Positions 1-13,777 of a stretch of 64,000 nt of DNA are shown in pieces; positions within the stretch are counted from its first letter, which is position 1; the number at the start of each line of letters is the position of its first letter. Position numbers and translations under genes: made by a program. The notes beneath the pieces are model-generated. The model ran no database searches. It was given only the letters and a program-made list of their open reading frames with translations, and was not told the origin of the DNA. The stretch lies in NCBI RefSeq assembly GCF_009914755.1, contig NC_060929.1; one strand, 5' to 3'. Origin of the DNA: the human T2T-CHM13v2.0 reference genome, Homo sapiens.

Positions 1-99
1 TATATTTTTATTTGTTTTTGAATCTTTGGTAGAACATGCTATACAAAGCTACAGATAAACCATTGAGAATCCAGGTAAATAATTTCTCTGATGTACTGG

Positions 100-1215
100 G
101 CTAGGAGAAGAAGATATCTGAAAAATCTTTAAGGAGAAGGTGGTTTTTATGACATGTTTCAAGTCTTTAAATTTGAACACAAAGAGATGGGTGGGGATTC
201 TAGACAAGGGGACAATATGAATAAAGACATAAATGTTGAAGGGAAATACTTAATAGGAAACACTGGGAAGTTACATTTGGCTGAACGCAGGATGGCCATT
301 GGCCAGATCCTGGAGTGATTTTAATTTTAGGCTAAAGTGTTTGGATTTTATTGTATGGGTAGTGGGGCCATTGATTTTTGGGTGAGGAGTAATATAATAA
401 AAACCATGTTGTGGGATGATTCATCTGAGTGTAATGCATTGGATGGTGTGGAAGAAAGGGTAAAGAGAGCCATGAAATTCTTAGAGATCCTAGTAATATT
501 CTTGGTGAGAATAATAGATGCTTGACCGGTGTAGTGTCAGAGGTAATGGAGAAGGAAAAAATTACACCAGACATTTAGGTTTCCAGCTGGATTCACTAAC
601 AGTCTTATGAAGGGGCAAGGAGAAAAAATAAAGACGACTCTGGGGTTTTGAGACTGGGTAATTAGATGATGCTGGTGACCTAAACACAAACTAGGAATGT
701 AAGATCATGAACAGGCCTGGAAGGGGGCCTGGGGGAGAGTAAGGGTCACATGTGGAATTCTACTGTGTGCATGCTGAGTTTGAGGTACCAGTATGACGGT
801 TAGATTGAACAGAGAAAGAGATAATATTAGATAGGAGAGGCAGGGCCACTGATGTACATTTTGGAGTCATTTACATAGTGGCAATCTATGATATCCTGGT
901 AGGGAATAGAGTGTCCCAAGTGAGACTGGAGGAAGAAGAGAAGATGGCTGATGACCCGATCATACTGATGGGGGAATTCAGTCATTTAGGGACCAAAAGA
1001 GGTTGAAGACCAGCAAAAGGGTGGTAGTCAGGGAGATCAGAAAGAATCACGGTGGTGCAGGGTCTCATATGCTTTTGCAAAGAAAGAGTTTCCAGAAAGA
1101 GCGCAGGTGATCAATGGTATTGAGTGTTACCAGGACGTCAAGGAGCTTGAGGACTGAGAATTGGCCACTGGGTTTGGCAATGAGAAACTCACTGGTGACT
1201 TTTGAGAATAGCATC
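100..1215 (-). mobile_element. L2 LINE fragment (old, diverged)
   Basis: Purine-rich antisense L2-type motifs (ggccagatc...ggattttattgtatgggtagtggggccattga; gaggactgagaattggccactgggtttggcaa...tcactggtgactttt). Boundaries approximate. Confidence 0.7.
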
Positions 1216-3119
1216 AGAAGCAGCTGAGTTGCAACATTTTCCCTAAGCTATAAAGAGGTCCTGCTTTGACCGCCTTTCACCCTCACAGGTATGTATATGT
1301 GCATTTACATAACAAATCCAATGCACACACACACAATAAATTCAACTCAGTGCAGAAGGAGAATAGACATTCACAAATGCTTTATACAATTTTTCTTGTC
1401 ATCTTAGGCACAAGGGGCACAAAATGCTCTTGTATTCAGTCTAAAAACTGAATGCTTATATTTAAAACTAGCCAATAAATAGTTAAAAAATTCTTTCAGT
1501 TCCATTCCAATTCAGAAGATCTATGCATCTCAAAGGACACAAACTACAGGGCCGAAGCTGCCCTGTAAGTAGGACCCCCTGATTGAACAATCGCTCAGTG
1601 AGGAGCCTCTTTTCTGTGAGCTATCTGGCAGCCAGACATGTTTATGAGCTTTTTAAAAAGCCCTGCAAAGGCCTAAAGGCTGAAGGCATACAGAGAAGAC
1701 ATGTATTTACCTTGTAATGCCAATATGGAGATCTCACTCACATCCCAGGCCTTACTTCTATGGGACAGGAAAATTGCAACTGATGATGGTTGCAAATGCC
1801 AACAATTGCTGGGATTTTCTGCACCAGGTTTTGTTTTCAAATAGTGCTGAAAGTGTTAATGTACCCAAAAGCTGCCAATTGCAGCCTCAACCTGGATGAA
1901 CCCTGTGCTGGGAGAGAGGCATTGGAGAGCCTTTTATTCATTTGGTAATTATACAGCAATGGATATTTCACGCATTTTTAGAAATGGAGAGTGGAATGAG
2001 GAGAGAAATGCAGGCACTTAGTGCAGGGAAAGCTCTGGTCGCGTGGCTTGGCATCATGGGCACCACGGCAGTCTCTTTGGGGGCAGCCTGTCCAGCCCTG
2101 GCCCCGGCTGGCACAGGGTATGAGAAAAAACGAGAGGGCAACCTGGCATTTTCTTATTTGTTTATTTTAACCTCTCAGGCCTGCTGAAAACAACTGGAAT
2201 CTTCTGAGTTGCTGAAAGCACATAGGCTTCTTTGATGGAGCTCTTGGCCCCTGCCACCCTAAAGCCAAAGGGGCTCATTGATTAAGTTGTCGGGTGACCA
2301 TGCCCTCTGTGAATTCAGGTCAGGCCAGAGGCAATGAGGCAATGGTTAATAGCTGGCAGGTAACTGTCCCTAATGTAATCTTTACTATAATCTCCAAAGC
2401 TGAACATGAAAGAGTATTCCACTGAAATCCAGACTGCAAGTGGGGAAAGATTTTGAGTCTGGGCATTTGCCTGTGTTACTTAAAAAAGGAAATGATGGGA
2501 AAGCAGAGATAGAAAGGTAGAAAGGCATGATTCAACACAGCTGGAGAGAATCCATGCAGATAGCCAAGACAAGGGTCAAAGGGAAATCCAGGGCCTTTTT
2601 TGTTTTTCTAATGATGAAGAGGGGCTCAGGCTGGGGGTTGGTGGACTGTGCAGACTAGTTCATACCAGATGCAGGCTACTGATCAGCTTATCTTTGGTGA
2701 TGGCCCCATGGAATGAGCTGGTGGGCCAGGGACCTCCACTGGACTACCTTTTGTGCTTCTGTTTTTCTTCCAGAAGGAAAGGAGAAGGGGCTTAGAGAAT
2801 AGGCTGTTAACTTGTGGGCTCAGTAGTTTAGCCTGGCTTTGACTGAGTCCAAGGCATGTGAGGGGTCTACACACTTTAGCTCCCCATGTGTTTTGTGGTT
2901 CCTGTTGACAAATTAAACCAAATGTTATAGAAGCTCATCAGGCTCCCAACAAGTTTATTCTAAATTAGATCAGGTTTATTGCTGTTGGGAAAACTCACTG
3001 GGCTTGGATTTGGCGGAAATCTGAGAGTTTCAATACCCCCAAGCATTATTGGAAGGTTAGATTTACCGATAATTAGCAATGAGACCCAGACCAAGCTATT
3101 TGCCCTTTCTCAATGATAA

Positions 3120-3290
3120 AGAGCTACTGTATACTGAGCACTTGCTACCTACTGAGGATTGTGCTAAGCACTCTACTGGAATTACCTATGTTTTTCTTTG
3201 CAATACTCCAATGACAAAGGTACTTGGTAATCTGCCAGTCCTCTATTTTACAGAAATGGCTAATTGTATGAACTTGAGACTCAATTTCTC
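3120..3290 (-). mobile_element. MIR SINE fragment
   Basis: tactgagcacttgctacc...tgtgctaagcact...ctctattttacagaaa resembles the antisense MIR core/3' part. Confidence 0.55.
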
Positions 3291-3540
3291 TTCCATAATA
3301 TAAGGGGTTGGAGTAGAATGATTTAAAAAATACCTTCCAATTCTGATATTTATCTGGGGTTTAAGTTGCAGAAGAATATCAACGATTACTTTCTGGAAAT
3401 TAGAAAGAATCAATTGGGGTGGAGGGAAAAGTGACCTAAACAACTTGAAATCACTTGTAGTAATAAAATCTACCCTGCTATCAAAAGCAATTTCTTACAC
3501 ATCTTTAGTAATTAATGGATTTAACAGTAGACTTTGCCAT

Positions 3541-4323
3541 TGTCTTAGTTTTGTAGGGCTACCACAACAACATATCACAGACTGGGGAGCTTAAAAAACA
3601 GAAGTTTATTTTCTCACAGTTTTAGAGGCTGGAAGTGCAAGATCAAAGTGTTGGCAGGTTTGGTTTCTCCTGAGGCCTCTCTCCTTGGATTGAAGACAGC
3701 TGCCTTCTCACAAGTCCTCATGTGGGCTTTCCTCTGTGTGCACGCATCCATGTCTTTTCATGTGTCTAGATTTCCTCTTTGATATGGTTTGGCTGTGTCC
3801 CTACCCAAAATCTCATCTTAAATAGTAATCGTAACTGTAATCTCCACATGTGGGGGCAGGGGCCTTGTGGGAGGTGATAGAAGTAGTTCCCCCATGCTGT
3901 TCTTGTAAGAGTAAATGAGTTCTCATGAGATCTGATGGTTTTATAAGGGGCTTTTCCCCCACTTCGCTCTGTACTTCTCTCTCCTGCTGCCATGTGAAGA
4001 AGGATATGTTTGCTTCCCCTTCCAACATGACTGTAAGTTTCCTGAGGCCTCCCCAGACATGTGGAACAGTGAGTCAATTAAACCTCTTTTCTTTATAAAT
4101 TACCCAGTCTTGGATATTTCTTCATAGCAGTGTGAGAATGGACTAATACACTCTTCTTATTAGGACACCAGTCAGATTGGATTAAGGCTCACCCTAATGG
4201 CCTCATTTTAACTTAATTACCTCTTTAAAGTCCCTATGCCCAAATATGGTCATATTCTGAGGTACTTGGGGTTAGAGTCCAATGTATAAATTTGGAGGTT
4301 GGGACACAATTCAACCCATAACA
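3541..4323 (-). mobile_element. MLT1B-like MaLR solo LTR, split by a THE1 LTR
   Basis: Runs tgtcttagttt...cccataaca with typical MLT1 body (cagactggggagcttaaaaaacagaagtttattttctcacag). 5-bp TSD gccat (3536-3540)/gacat (4324-4328). Confidence 0.85.
3780..4150 (+). mobile_element. THE1C-like MaLR solo LTR
   Basis: tgatatggtttggctgtgtcc...gactaataca, TG...CA ends, perfect 5-bp TSD ctctt (3775-3779 / 4151-4155). Confidence 0.92.
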
Positions 4324-4371
4324 GACATATCAATCAAAACTGAGTATCAGCAAGTCAGATAGTGTTTTTGT

Positions 4372-4515
4372 GGTTATTTTACAGGTGAGAAAATTGAAAC
4401 ACAGAAATGTTAAGTAATAAGCTTAAAGTTTCATAGCTAGTAAGTGGCAAGGCTGAGAATGGGACAAAGTTTCCAGACCCAAACCTAGTGGTCCTTGTAT
4501 AAGACCACACTGCTT
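4372..4515 (-). mobile_element. MIR SINE fragment
   Basis: attttacaggtgagaaaattgaaacacaga...atagctagtaagtggcaaggctgaga is the antisense MIR core. Confidence 0.75.
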
Positions 4516-4991
4516 CTTGAATATCATTTAGAGAGTCTTCCTTACTCCCTGAATGGCCAAAAAATTTCTTCTCCTAAGTATGAAGTGACAAACTTCTGGC
4601 TGTTTAGTGGTCACTTGCAGCTTGGACATTAAGGAAGAAGTTGAATCACATCTGCTTTTCATGAAAAGAATTACCGTTAACACAAAATCCTGATATAACC
4701 AGATCAAGAGAATGATACAATTGCAAATTTTCCTCTGAGGTTTATGATACCCTATGTTTTTTGCAAGCATAAAAATATTGTTCCAAAATCATTAAAATTG
4801 TATGAATTTTATATGCTAAATATGGCCAAATATATAGCCCAATTCACATCTTGGTTTTTTTGGGGGCTTCTATAAAGGAGAATAACTCAAGGAAAAATTT
4901 GTGTGACAATAAGTGGTAGAAGGAGAGGAGACAAAATGCTCAGCAGGAAATATTAGATACTCCCCCCATCCCACCAATATAAGTAGCTTGC

Positions 4992-5150
4992 AGTATGTTT
5001 TAACATTTACAGGAGCCCCTTTGAGAATGTTTTTGCAGAAAAATATGCATACATGTACTAAATTGTGCTGAAAAATGTTGGAGGTTCACAGAGCTCCTAA
5101 AGCTCATCCATATGCTTTTGCATTAGGGGAATTTGATGATTTTTTTTTGA
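4992..5150. mobile_element. MER117-like hAT MITE (diverged)
   Basis: cccctttgagaat...cagaaaaatatgcatacat...ggttcacagagctcctaaagctcatccat resembles the MER117 consensus as recalled. Confidence 0.45.
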
Positions 5151-6271
5151 TTTGCACATAAAATAACTCTGGGAGTAGAAAAAGTATGGTGTGGTGGAAA
5201 GATAAGAAAACTTGTTCTACCATTATATTGTATGACCCTCAATGTTTCAGTGTTCAGTTTTCTCACCCATATAAGGAGAAGGGATGACCTCTAAGCCTAT
5301 ACCAATTAAATCTGGCATGAATCTAGATTTCATATATATCAGAGTTGAATATTGCCATTTCTCTAGTAGATGATTGAAGGAGTGTAATAAACTGCTAAAT
5401 TTTTGTTTTACCACATGTTCCTAGAAGTGAGAGAAGATAAATATTTATAATAAAATACTAAATTAAGTATATTACACTGACAGCTATTTAGGCCTGATTG
5501 CTATAAAATTCTAAGCAGACAGCTTTGAGCACCAAGTGGTAACCCTACCCCAGTCCTTCTCATACCACGTAGTTATCCCTTTGAAACAGCTTGAGATTAT
5601 TACTCTGTATTTCCAATAAGAGAGAAGAGTTTTGCTAGATCCCTTTTGAGGAAAGATAGATCTAGGAACCCTGTATATTTTAGGCCAAGTTTTATCCCGA
5701 CAAGACTAGGGCACCTGGGTGCAGATCTCTGACGTTGAACCTACTGAGGCCATGGAAGGATTTCTTAGATCTTCTCTTCTTGAACTACTGAATTGTCCTC
5801 TTTTCAAGTTCCCCAGAAAACAGCCTTTGAAGTCCACCAAGTACCCAGTATTCTCTACTGAGTCTCAGTTTGACTCACCAAATTGATTCCTGCTGCCTCT
5901 CCCAAGCTACAAAATATAGCCTTCTGCCCCTCAGCTATAAAGCCTGCCTACTTTTCTCAGGTGACATGTCTCTCCATCTCCCAAACCCTAGTCTGTTTGT
6001 TCTTTAGCATCCCCCAAAGAAATGCCGAAGACTACTGACTCCCATGAATACTTCTCATGTCCTAGATGCTCTGAATCATGTTATGCCAGGTTGCCAAATC
6101 ACATCAGTTTACACTGCTACCACTGTGATTTGGAAGTAAACCAAATTTACTTAAGATTTAAGAAATGTAAAATTATCTAATCAAAATTTTCAAATAATTA
6201 GATAATTTTAAACCTCTGAAAATATTCATCAGCAAGTAAAAGATGTATGAATGTGTGTATATATACATACC

Positions 6272-6760
6272 TAGGACAAGCTCTGTTAACCAATCCATGT
6301 GTCTGTATCACTGTATTAACCTCTGCCTCTTCCCATTGCCTTGGTGAGTCATATTGTCTAAGGCCATAGCTCGTGAATGCCCAAGACTGGCAGGCTGCTT
6401 TCTAGTACGCAAGTAACTCCTCTCACTGGCTGAGCTGGTGCCTGCCAAGCAGTCTTCTTAGGTTGATTGTAAATGTTATTGAACTTACACAAGATAAATA
6501 TTCTATAAATTGATGAAATAGGAGGGTGAAAAGAGAATTACACTATGCAATACTTTAAAAAAATTAAATGAAAATGAACTTGTAAGACAAATGCTATTAA
6601 GTCAGTATAGGGAAGACAACTTGGAAAAGATTGGAAAGACTATAAAAATATAGAAGAAATCTGCACTTGTATTTCCACTTTAAAGAAGTTGAAACTAGAA
6701 ATTACAGATGATGTATTGGGAGGATGGTATGTGCAAGAAAACTGTAGAACTCTAGTTAGA
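6272..6760 (+). mobile_element. Tigger15-like (TcMar-Tigger) DNA transposon, 5' part
   Basis: Degenerate pogo/CENP-B-type HTH coding sequence (TLKKLKLEITDDVLGGWYVQE at ~6677-6739) preceded by a TIR-like aagctctgttaacc. Confidence 0.7.
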
Positions 6761-6761
6761 G

Positions 6762-6850
6762 AATTTATATTTTATGCTTGTATTCTGGATACTACACCTT
6801 TATCAAGTAGATGCTTTGCAATGTTTTTGCATCCTGCGGATTGTCTTTTT
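6762..6850 (-). mobile_element. L1MB-type LINE, left piece (continues at ~15485)
   Basis: tattctggatactacacctttatcaagtagatgctttgcaatg...ttgtcttttc is antisense L1M ORF2 3' region and joins colinearly to 15485. Confidence 0.65.
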
Positions 6851-6991
6851 CTTTTTAAATATTTATTTTGTTTTCTAAATTGATGCACAACGATTGTATA
6901 TATTTATGGTGTATGTAGTGATGTTTCAATATATAATATGTAGTGATCAGAGCACGTAATTGGCATATCCATCATCTCAAACATTTATCAT

Positions 6992-7254
6992 CTCTTTTTT
7001 TGAGACAGAACCTTGTGTTTCCCAGGCTGGAGTGCACTCTGCCTCCTGGTTCAAGCAATTTTCCTGCCTCAGCCTCCCAAGTAGCTGGGATTACAGGCGC
7101 CCACCACCACATCCGGCTAATTTTTTGTATTTTTAGTAGAGATGGGGTTTTGCCATGTTGGCCAGGCTGGTCTTGAACTCCTGACCTCAGGTGATCTACC
7201 TGCCTCCATCTCCCAAAGTGCTGGGATTACAGGCATGAGCCACTGCACCTGGCC
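6992..7254 (-). mobile_element. AluSx-like SINE with ~25-bp internal deletion
   Basis: Dimeric Alu; 14-bp TSD caaacatttatcat (6978-6991 / 7255-7268); ggagtgca|ctctgcc deletion junction. Confidence 0.93.
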
Positions 7255-7452
7255 CAAACATTTATCATTTCTTTGTGTTGGGAATATTCAGTATCCTCCT
7301 TCTAGCTATTTGAAACTTGATAATATATTATTGTTTACTATAGTCATCTTACAGTGTTATAGAACACCAGAACTTGTTTCTCCTATCTAGCTGTAATTTT
7401 GTAAGCTTTAACAAATCTCTTCCCTTCCCTGTACCCTTCCCATCCTCTAGAA

Positions 7453-7872
7453 CAGGTGTCCCCAGCTCCCGGGCTGCAGACTGGTATGGGTCCATGGTCT
7501 GCTAGGAACTGGACTGCACAGCAGGAGGTGAGCGGCAGGCCAGTGAGCATTACTGCCTGAGCTCCACCTCCTGCCAGAGCAGCAGAGGCATTAGATTCTC
7601 ATAGGAGCCACAGACCTCATTACCGCCTGAGCTCTGCCTCCCGTCAGAATAGCAGAGGCATTAAATTCTCATAGGAGCCACAAACCTCTCTGTGAACTGC
7701 ACATGCGAGGGATCTAGGTTGCGCTCTCCTTATGATAATCGAATGTCTGATGATCTGAGGTGGAACAGTTTCATCCCGAAACCATCCCGCAACCCTTACT
7801 CCCATCCCCATCCGCGGAAAAATTGTCTTCCATGAAACTGGTCCCTGGTGCCAAAAAGGTTGAGAACTGCTG
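7453..7872 (+). mobile_element. MER1B hAT-Charlie MITE with internal 70-bp tandem duplication
   Basis: cagg...ctg ends, perfect 8-bp TSD ctctagaa (7445-7452 / 7873-7880), typical MER1 body. Confidence 0.9.
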
Positions 7873-9244
7873 CTCTAGAACTCTCTGTTTTGCATTTTAC
7901 TTCTGTGAGAACTTTCTTTTAGCTTCCACTTATGAGTGAGAACGTGGTGTTTAGCTTTCTGTTTCTGGCTTATTTTACTGAACATAATGTCCTCCAGTTA
8001 CATCCAGTTGCATCCATGTCTTTTTCATGGCTGTATAGTATTCCATTGTGTGTATATACCACATTTTCTTTAACCATTCATCTGTTCCTGCACACCTAGG
8101 TTGATTCTATATCTTGGCTATTGTGAATAGTGCTGCAATAAACATAAGGGTGCAGTAGTCTCTTCAATATACTGATTTTTCTTTTCTTTGGATAAATGCC
8201 CAGCAATGGGATTAGTGGATCATATGATAATTGTATTTTTAGTTTTGTTCAGGAACCTCCATACTGTTCTCCATAGTGCTTGTACTAGTTTACACTTCTA
8301 CCAACAGTGTATAAGAGCTTGCTTTTCTCTGGATCCTCACTAGGCATTTGCCATTTTTTGTCTTTTGGATAATAGTCATCCTAAGTGTGGTGAGATGATA
8401 TCTCACTGTTGTTTTAATTTACATTTTCCTGATGATTAGTGATGTTGAGCATTTTTTCATATATTTGTTGGCCATAGGTATGTCTTCTTTTGAGAAATGT
8501 ATGTTGAGATCATTTGCCCATTTTTAAATGGGGTTATTTTGTTTTTTTGTGGTTGTTGCTGAATGGTTGAGTGCCTTGTGTATTTTGGATATCAATTTCC
8601 TGTTGGATAAATAATTTGAAAATATTTAATTCCATTCCATAGGTTGTCTTTCACTCTGTTGGTTGTTTCCTTTGCTGTGCAGAATGTTTTTAGTTTGATA
8701 TGATTCCATTTGTTTATTTTTGCTTTTATTACCTGTGCTTTTGAAGTCTTATTTATAAAATCTTTCCCCAGACAAATGTCCTGAAGAATCTCCCCTATGT
8801 TTTCTTATAGCAGTTCCATAGTTTTGGGTCTTACATTTAGATTTTTGATCTATGTTGAGTTGATTTTTGAATAGGGTGAGAGGTGAGGGTCTAGTTTCAT
8901 TCTTCGGCATATAGATATCCATTTTTCCCAACATCATTTATTGAAGAAGCTGCCTTCTCCCAATTAGTGTTCTTGGCACCTTTGTCAAAAATCACTTGGC
9001 TGTAGATACCTGGATCAATTTCTGGGATCTCTATTCTGTTCCACTGGTCTACGTGTCTGTTTTTTATGCCTGTACCATGATGTTTTGGTTACTATAATTT
9101 TGTAGTGTATTTTGAAGTTTGGTAGTGTGATGGTGTCTCCAGCTTTATTCGTTTTCCTTAGGATTGCTTTGGCTATTAGGGGTCTTTTGTGGTTCCATAC
9201 AAATTTCAGGATTTAAAAAAATTTCTGTGAAGAATGTCATTGAC

Positions 9245-10923
<1,679 letters not shown>

Positions 10924-11195
10924 AAGAGACGGAGTCTGGCTCTGCTGCTTAGGCTGGACTGCAGTGGCACAATCATAGCTCACTGCAGCCTTGACTCCTG
11001 AGCTCAAGCAATCCTCCTGCTTCAGTCTCTCGAGAAGCTAGCACACCACCACACCTACCTAATTAAAAAAATTTTTTTTTAGAGATGAAGTATTGCTATG
11101 TTGCTCAGGCTGGTCTTGAATTCTTGGCTTCAAGTGATCCTCCTGCCTCAGCCTCCTGAGTAGCCAGGATTATAGGTGTTAGCTACTGCACCTGA
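10924..11195 (-). mobile_element. AluJ SINE (its 3' end at 9397-9415 was split off by L1PA6)
   Basis: AluJ diagnostics: atcatagctcactgcagccttgactcctgagctcaagcaatcctcc. Confidence 0.88.
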
Positions 11196-13619
11196 TTATT
11201 ATTGGTGTCTTGATAGTGATTGCAATGAATCTATCACTTGCTTTGGGTAGCATGGTCACTTTAACAATATTGATTCTTCTGTTCCAGGGGCATGAGATGT
11301 TTTTCTATTTGTTTCTATCCTCTTCAATCTCTTTCATCAGTGTTTTGTAGTTTTCCTTATAGAGAGGTCTTTTACCTCTTTGCTTAAATTTATTCCTAGG
11401 TATTTTATTATTTTGTAGCTATTGTAAATGTGATTGCCTTCTTGATAACTTTTACAGCTACTTTGTTGTTCGTTCATGTGTAGAAACACTACTGATTTTT
11501 GTATATCAATTTTTGTATCCTGCAACTTTATTGAATTCAGTTATTGATTCTAGAGGTTTTTTTTTTTTTGGTAGAGTCATTAGGTTTTTCTGTATATAAT
11601 ATCATGTTATCTGCAAACAGGGACAATTTAACTTCTTCTTTTCCAGTTTGGAAGCTCTTTATTTGTTTCTCTTGCCTAATTGCTCTGGCTCAGACTTCCC
11701 ATACTATGTTGAATAAGAGTGGTGAGGGTGGGCATCCTTGTGTTGTTCTAGTTGTTAGAGGAAAAGCTTTCAGGCTTTCCCCATTCAGTGTAAGGTTAGT
11801 TGTGGATTTGTCATAGATGGCCTTTATTATGTTGAGGTATTTTCCTTCTATACCTAATGTATTGAGAGTTTTTATTCTGAAGGGATGTTGGATTTTAACA
11901 AATGCCTTTTTTCTGCGTCTATTGAGACTATTATATGATCTTGCCCTTCATTCTATTGATGTGATGCATGATGTGAATTGATTTGCATATGTTGAATCAT
12001 CCTTGCATTCTTGAGATAAATCCTACTTGATTATGATGTATCATCTTTTTAATGTGTTGTTGGATTCCTTTTACTAGTATTTAGTTGAAAATTTTTGCAT
12101 GTATATTCATTAGGAATACCGGACTATAGTTTCATTTTTTTGTTGTGTCCTTGTTTGGTCTTGATATCAGGGTTATCCTGGCCTCATAGAATAAGTTAGA
12201 AAGAATGCTCTCTGCTTCAGTTTTTTTTGTTTTGTTTTTTGGAATAGTTTGAGGAAAATTCTTCTCTAAAGTTTTCAGTAGAATTTGATGGTGAAGCCAT
12301 GTGTTCCTGGACTTTTATTTGTTGGGAGGGCTTTTATTACTGATTCAATCTTGTTACTGGTCTGTTCAGGTTTCCTATTTCTTCTTGGCTCAATCTCGGC
12401 AGGTTGTATGTGCCCAGGAATTTATCCGTTTCCTCCAGGTTTTGGAATTTATTGGCACATAGTTACTCGTAGTAGTCTCTAATGATCCTTTGTATTTCTG
12501 TGGTATTCACTGTGGTGTCTCATTTTTCACTTCTGATTTTATTTATTTATATCTTCTTTCTCTTTTTTTAAGTCTAGCTAATGACTTGTCAATTTTGTTT
12601 CTTTTCAAAAAGCCAACCTTGTTGTTTTGTTGATCTTTTGTATTTTTGTAGTCTCAATTTTATTTCTGCTCGAATCTTTATTGTTTCTTTTATTCTAGTA
12701 ATTTTGGATTTTGCTTGTTATTGCTTTTCTAGTTTCTTGGATATATCATTAGGTTGTTTATTTAAAATATTTCTAGTTTTTTGATGTAGGCACTTATTGC
12801 TATAAACTTTCCTGTTAGTACCGCTTTTGCTGTATCCCATAGGTGTCAGTATGGTATGTTCTGTTTCTATTTCCATTTGTTTCGAGGAATTTTAAAATTT
12901 TATTCTTAATTTCTTCTTTTACCCATTGGTCATTCAGGAGCATGTTGTTTAATTTCCACCTATTTGTGTAGTTTCCAATGTTCCTCTTGTTATTAATGTC
13001 TAGTTTTATTCCATTGAGGTCAGATAAAATATTTAATATAATTTCAATTAAAAAATTTTAAGACTTGTTTTGTGTCCTAGTATATGGTCAGTCCTGCAGA
13101 ATGTTTTATATGCTGATGGAAAAAGTGTATTCTTCAGCTGTTGTGTGAAATGTTCTGTAAATGTCTCTTAGGCCCATTTGTTATATGATACAATTTAAAT
13201 CCAAATTTTTTGGTTGATTTTCTGTCTAAATGATCTGTCCAGTGCTGAGAGTGGAGTGTTGAAGTTCCCAACTGTCTTGTACTGGGGACTATCTCTCCCT
13301 TTAGATCCAATAATACTTGCCTTATATCTCTGGGTGTTCTAGTGTTGGATGCATATATACTTAAAATTGCTATAGTCTCTTGCTGAATCAATCCCTTTAT
13401 TATTATATAATTTCCTTCTTTGTCTATTTTTACAGCCTTTGTCTTAAAATCTGTCTGATATAAGTACAGTTACTCCCATTTATTTTTGGTTTCCATGGAA
13501 TATCTTCTTCCAATCCTTCACTTTCTGTCTATGTGTGTCTTTACAGATGAGGCGAGTTTCTTAAAGGCAGTGTAGAGTTGGGTCTTGTTTTTTAAATTCA
13601 TTCAGGCAGTCTATATCTT

Positions 13620-13777
13620 TTTTTTCCTTTTTAAACAATTTATTCTTTTATTTTTAAAATAGAGACAAGGTCTTACTATATTGCCCAGGCTGGTCTGGAA
13701 CTCTTGGGCTCAAGCAATCCTTCCACTTTGGCCTCTGAGAATGCTAGGATTACAGGCATGGGCCACCATGCCAGACC
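13620..13777 (-). mobile_element. FLAM_C / AluJ monomer
   Basis: Single Alu left arm with T-rich tail; tatatctttt on both flanks. Confidence 0.85.
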
